Of a stretch of DNA of 64,000 nt, positions 63,061-64,000 are shown piece after piece. Made by a program: the position numbers and the translations under genes. Positions within the stretch are counted from its first letter, which is position 1, and each line of letters begins with the position of its first letter. Where the stretch lies: the NCBI RefSeq assembly GCF_001194135.2, contig NC_069000.1, forward strand, positions 8,490,688-8,554,687. The letters are read 5' to 3'. The notes below the pieces were generated by a model, which searched no databases, had not been told where the DNA came from, and saw only the letters and a program-made list of their open reading frames with translations. This stretch comes from Octopus bimaculoides. Its lineage: Eukaryota.

Positions 63061-64000
63061 GGACAGAAATCAGTAAAGGAGAACAATTCACATCTGCACT
63101 TTCCTGGTCACTTTCTGTCCTTCGATCACTTGAAAGATGGTGTTTGAAATGGTGAAAGAAATGTTGTGTTAAACTCAAACTAATATTTTTACTTTTAATG
63201 AGCTGACACAAGACTCGCAATTATTTAAAACTAGAAACAGGTAATGATATAAGTTAATTGTTTTACTAAATACTAAACGCCCACCAACCATCACACACAG
63301 GCATACAACAATTCCTGATCACTTTGAAAATTAATTTGTAACGGCAAAGGTGTTGTGTATTCCATTGGAAATACGGTCACGAGCGGGAGTTAGAACTGCT
63401 GAAAGGCAGGGTAGGGGTTTCAGTACACATGCAACCTCTGAGCTCAGAGAAGAGGCGACCGCGGTGAGTAAACGTTGACAAGAAGCAGGACACAGCTTGG
63501 AAGTGGGCCAAACGTTCTCGAATGTCAACGACTGAACAGATCGTGGTTGGTGAGTGCGATGGTGGCAGCGATGACGAAGGTGGTGTTAGGGGTAACAGGG
63601 GGAGAGAGAATGGTGCCCAGGCTATGTGCTTGTGCCTGATGCATGTCCCATCACATGGCATTCAATAATATCAGCTGACATCACTATTTTTGCACCGGAA
63701 CATGTCAAAACTGCAAAGTAGACTAAAATTTATATATATATTTTTTTTATTTTTAATCTATTATTAGATAAGACAATAAAGTAGAAAAGATAGCATTTGT
63801 ATGTGAAGCGTGGGGTGGGATAGGGTAAGTGTACCCGTGTCTGTCTCTGTGTGTGTCTATATACACACACGAGTAAGAACATATACATTTGTATGTGACC
63901 AGAGAGTATATATTAAACACACACAAAGAGCATATGCTAGAAAGAATTAGTGAAGTCAGTACTTGTCTGAAGTCCTAAGACTAACTACAACTTAGAGCCC

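Overview
Eukaryotic, AT-rich, microsatellite-dense genomic DNA with 15 N-gaps. The SINE, LINE and MITE content is most consistent with an octopod cephalopod draft assembly (inference). The only protein-coding gene I can support is a minus-strand SLC16/monocarboxylate-transporter (MCT)-family gene. Its visible coding exons are 22989-23262, 21921-22064, 19608-20463 (5' part lost in a gap) and 18885-19154, and one expected exon is missing, probably in gap 17748-18342. Its last exon (TM12 plus cytoplasmic tail) is present twice, at 12678-12913 and 6397-6665. The two copies share 29 identical residues despite 13 synonymous changes and then diverge into unrelated tails, which points to alternative terminal exons under purifying selection. 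An 80/81-nt inverted repeat pair brackets the proximal copy. Other highlights are a well-formed minimal type-I hammerhead ribozyme (45740-45789), a degenerate HDV-like ribozyme fold (44973-45033), a CpG-decayed 5S rRNA pseudogene (535-652, minus strand) and a sharp CpG-depleted to CpG-rich transition near 33.7 kb that likely marks the methylated gene-body boundary. The rest is SINEs, RTE and CR1 LINE relics, a Tc1 transposase fragment, MITEs and hairpin elements. There is no CRISPR array and no intact tRNA or rRNA gene. All alignments and counts were done by eye.
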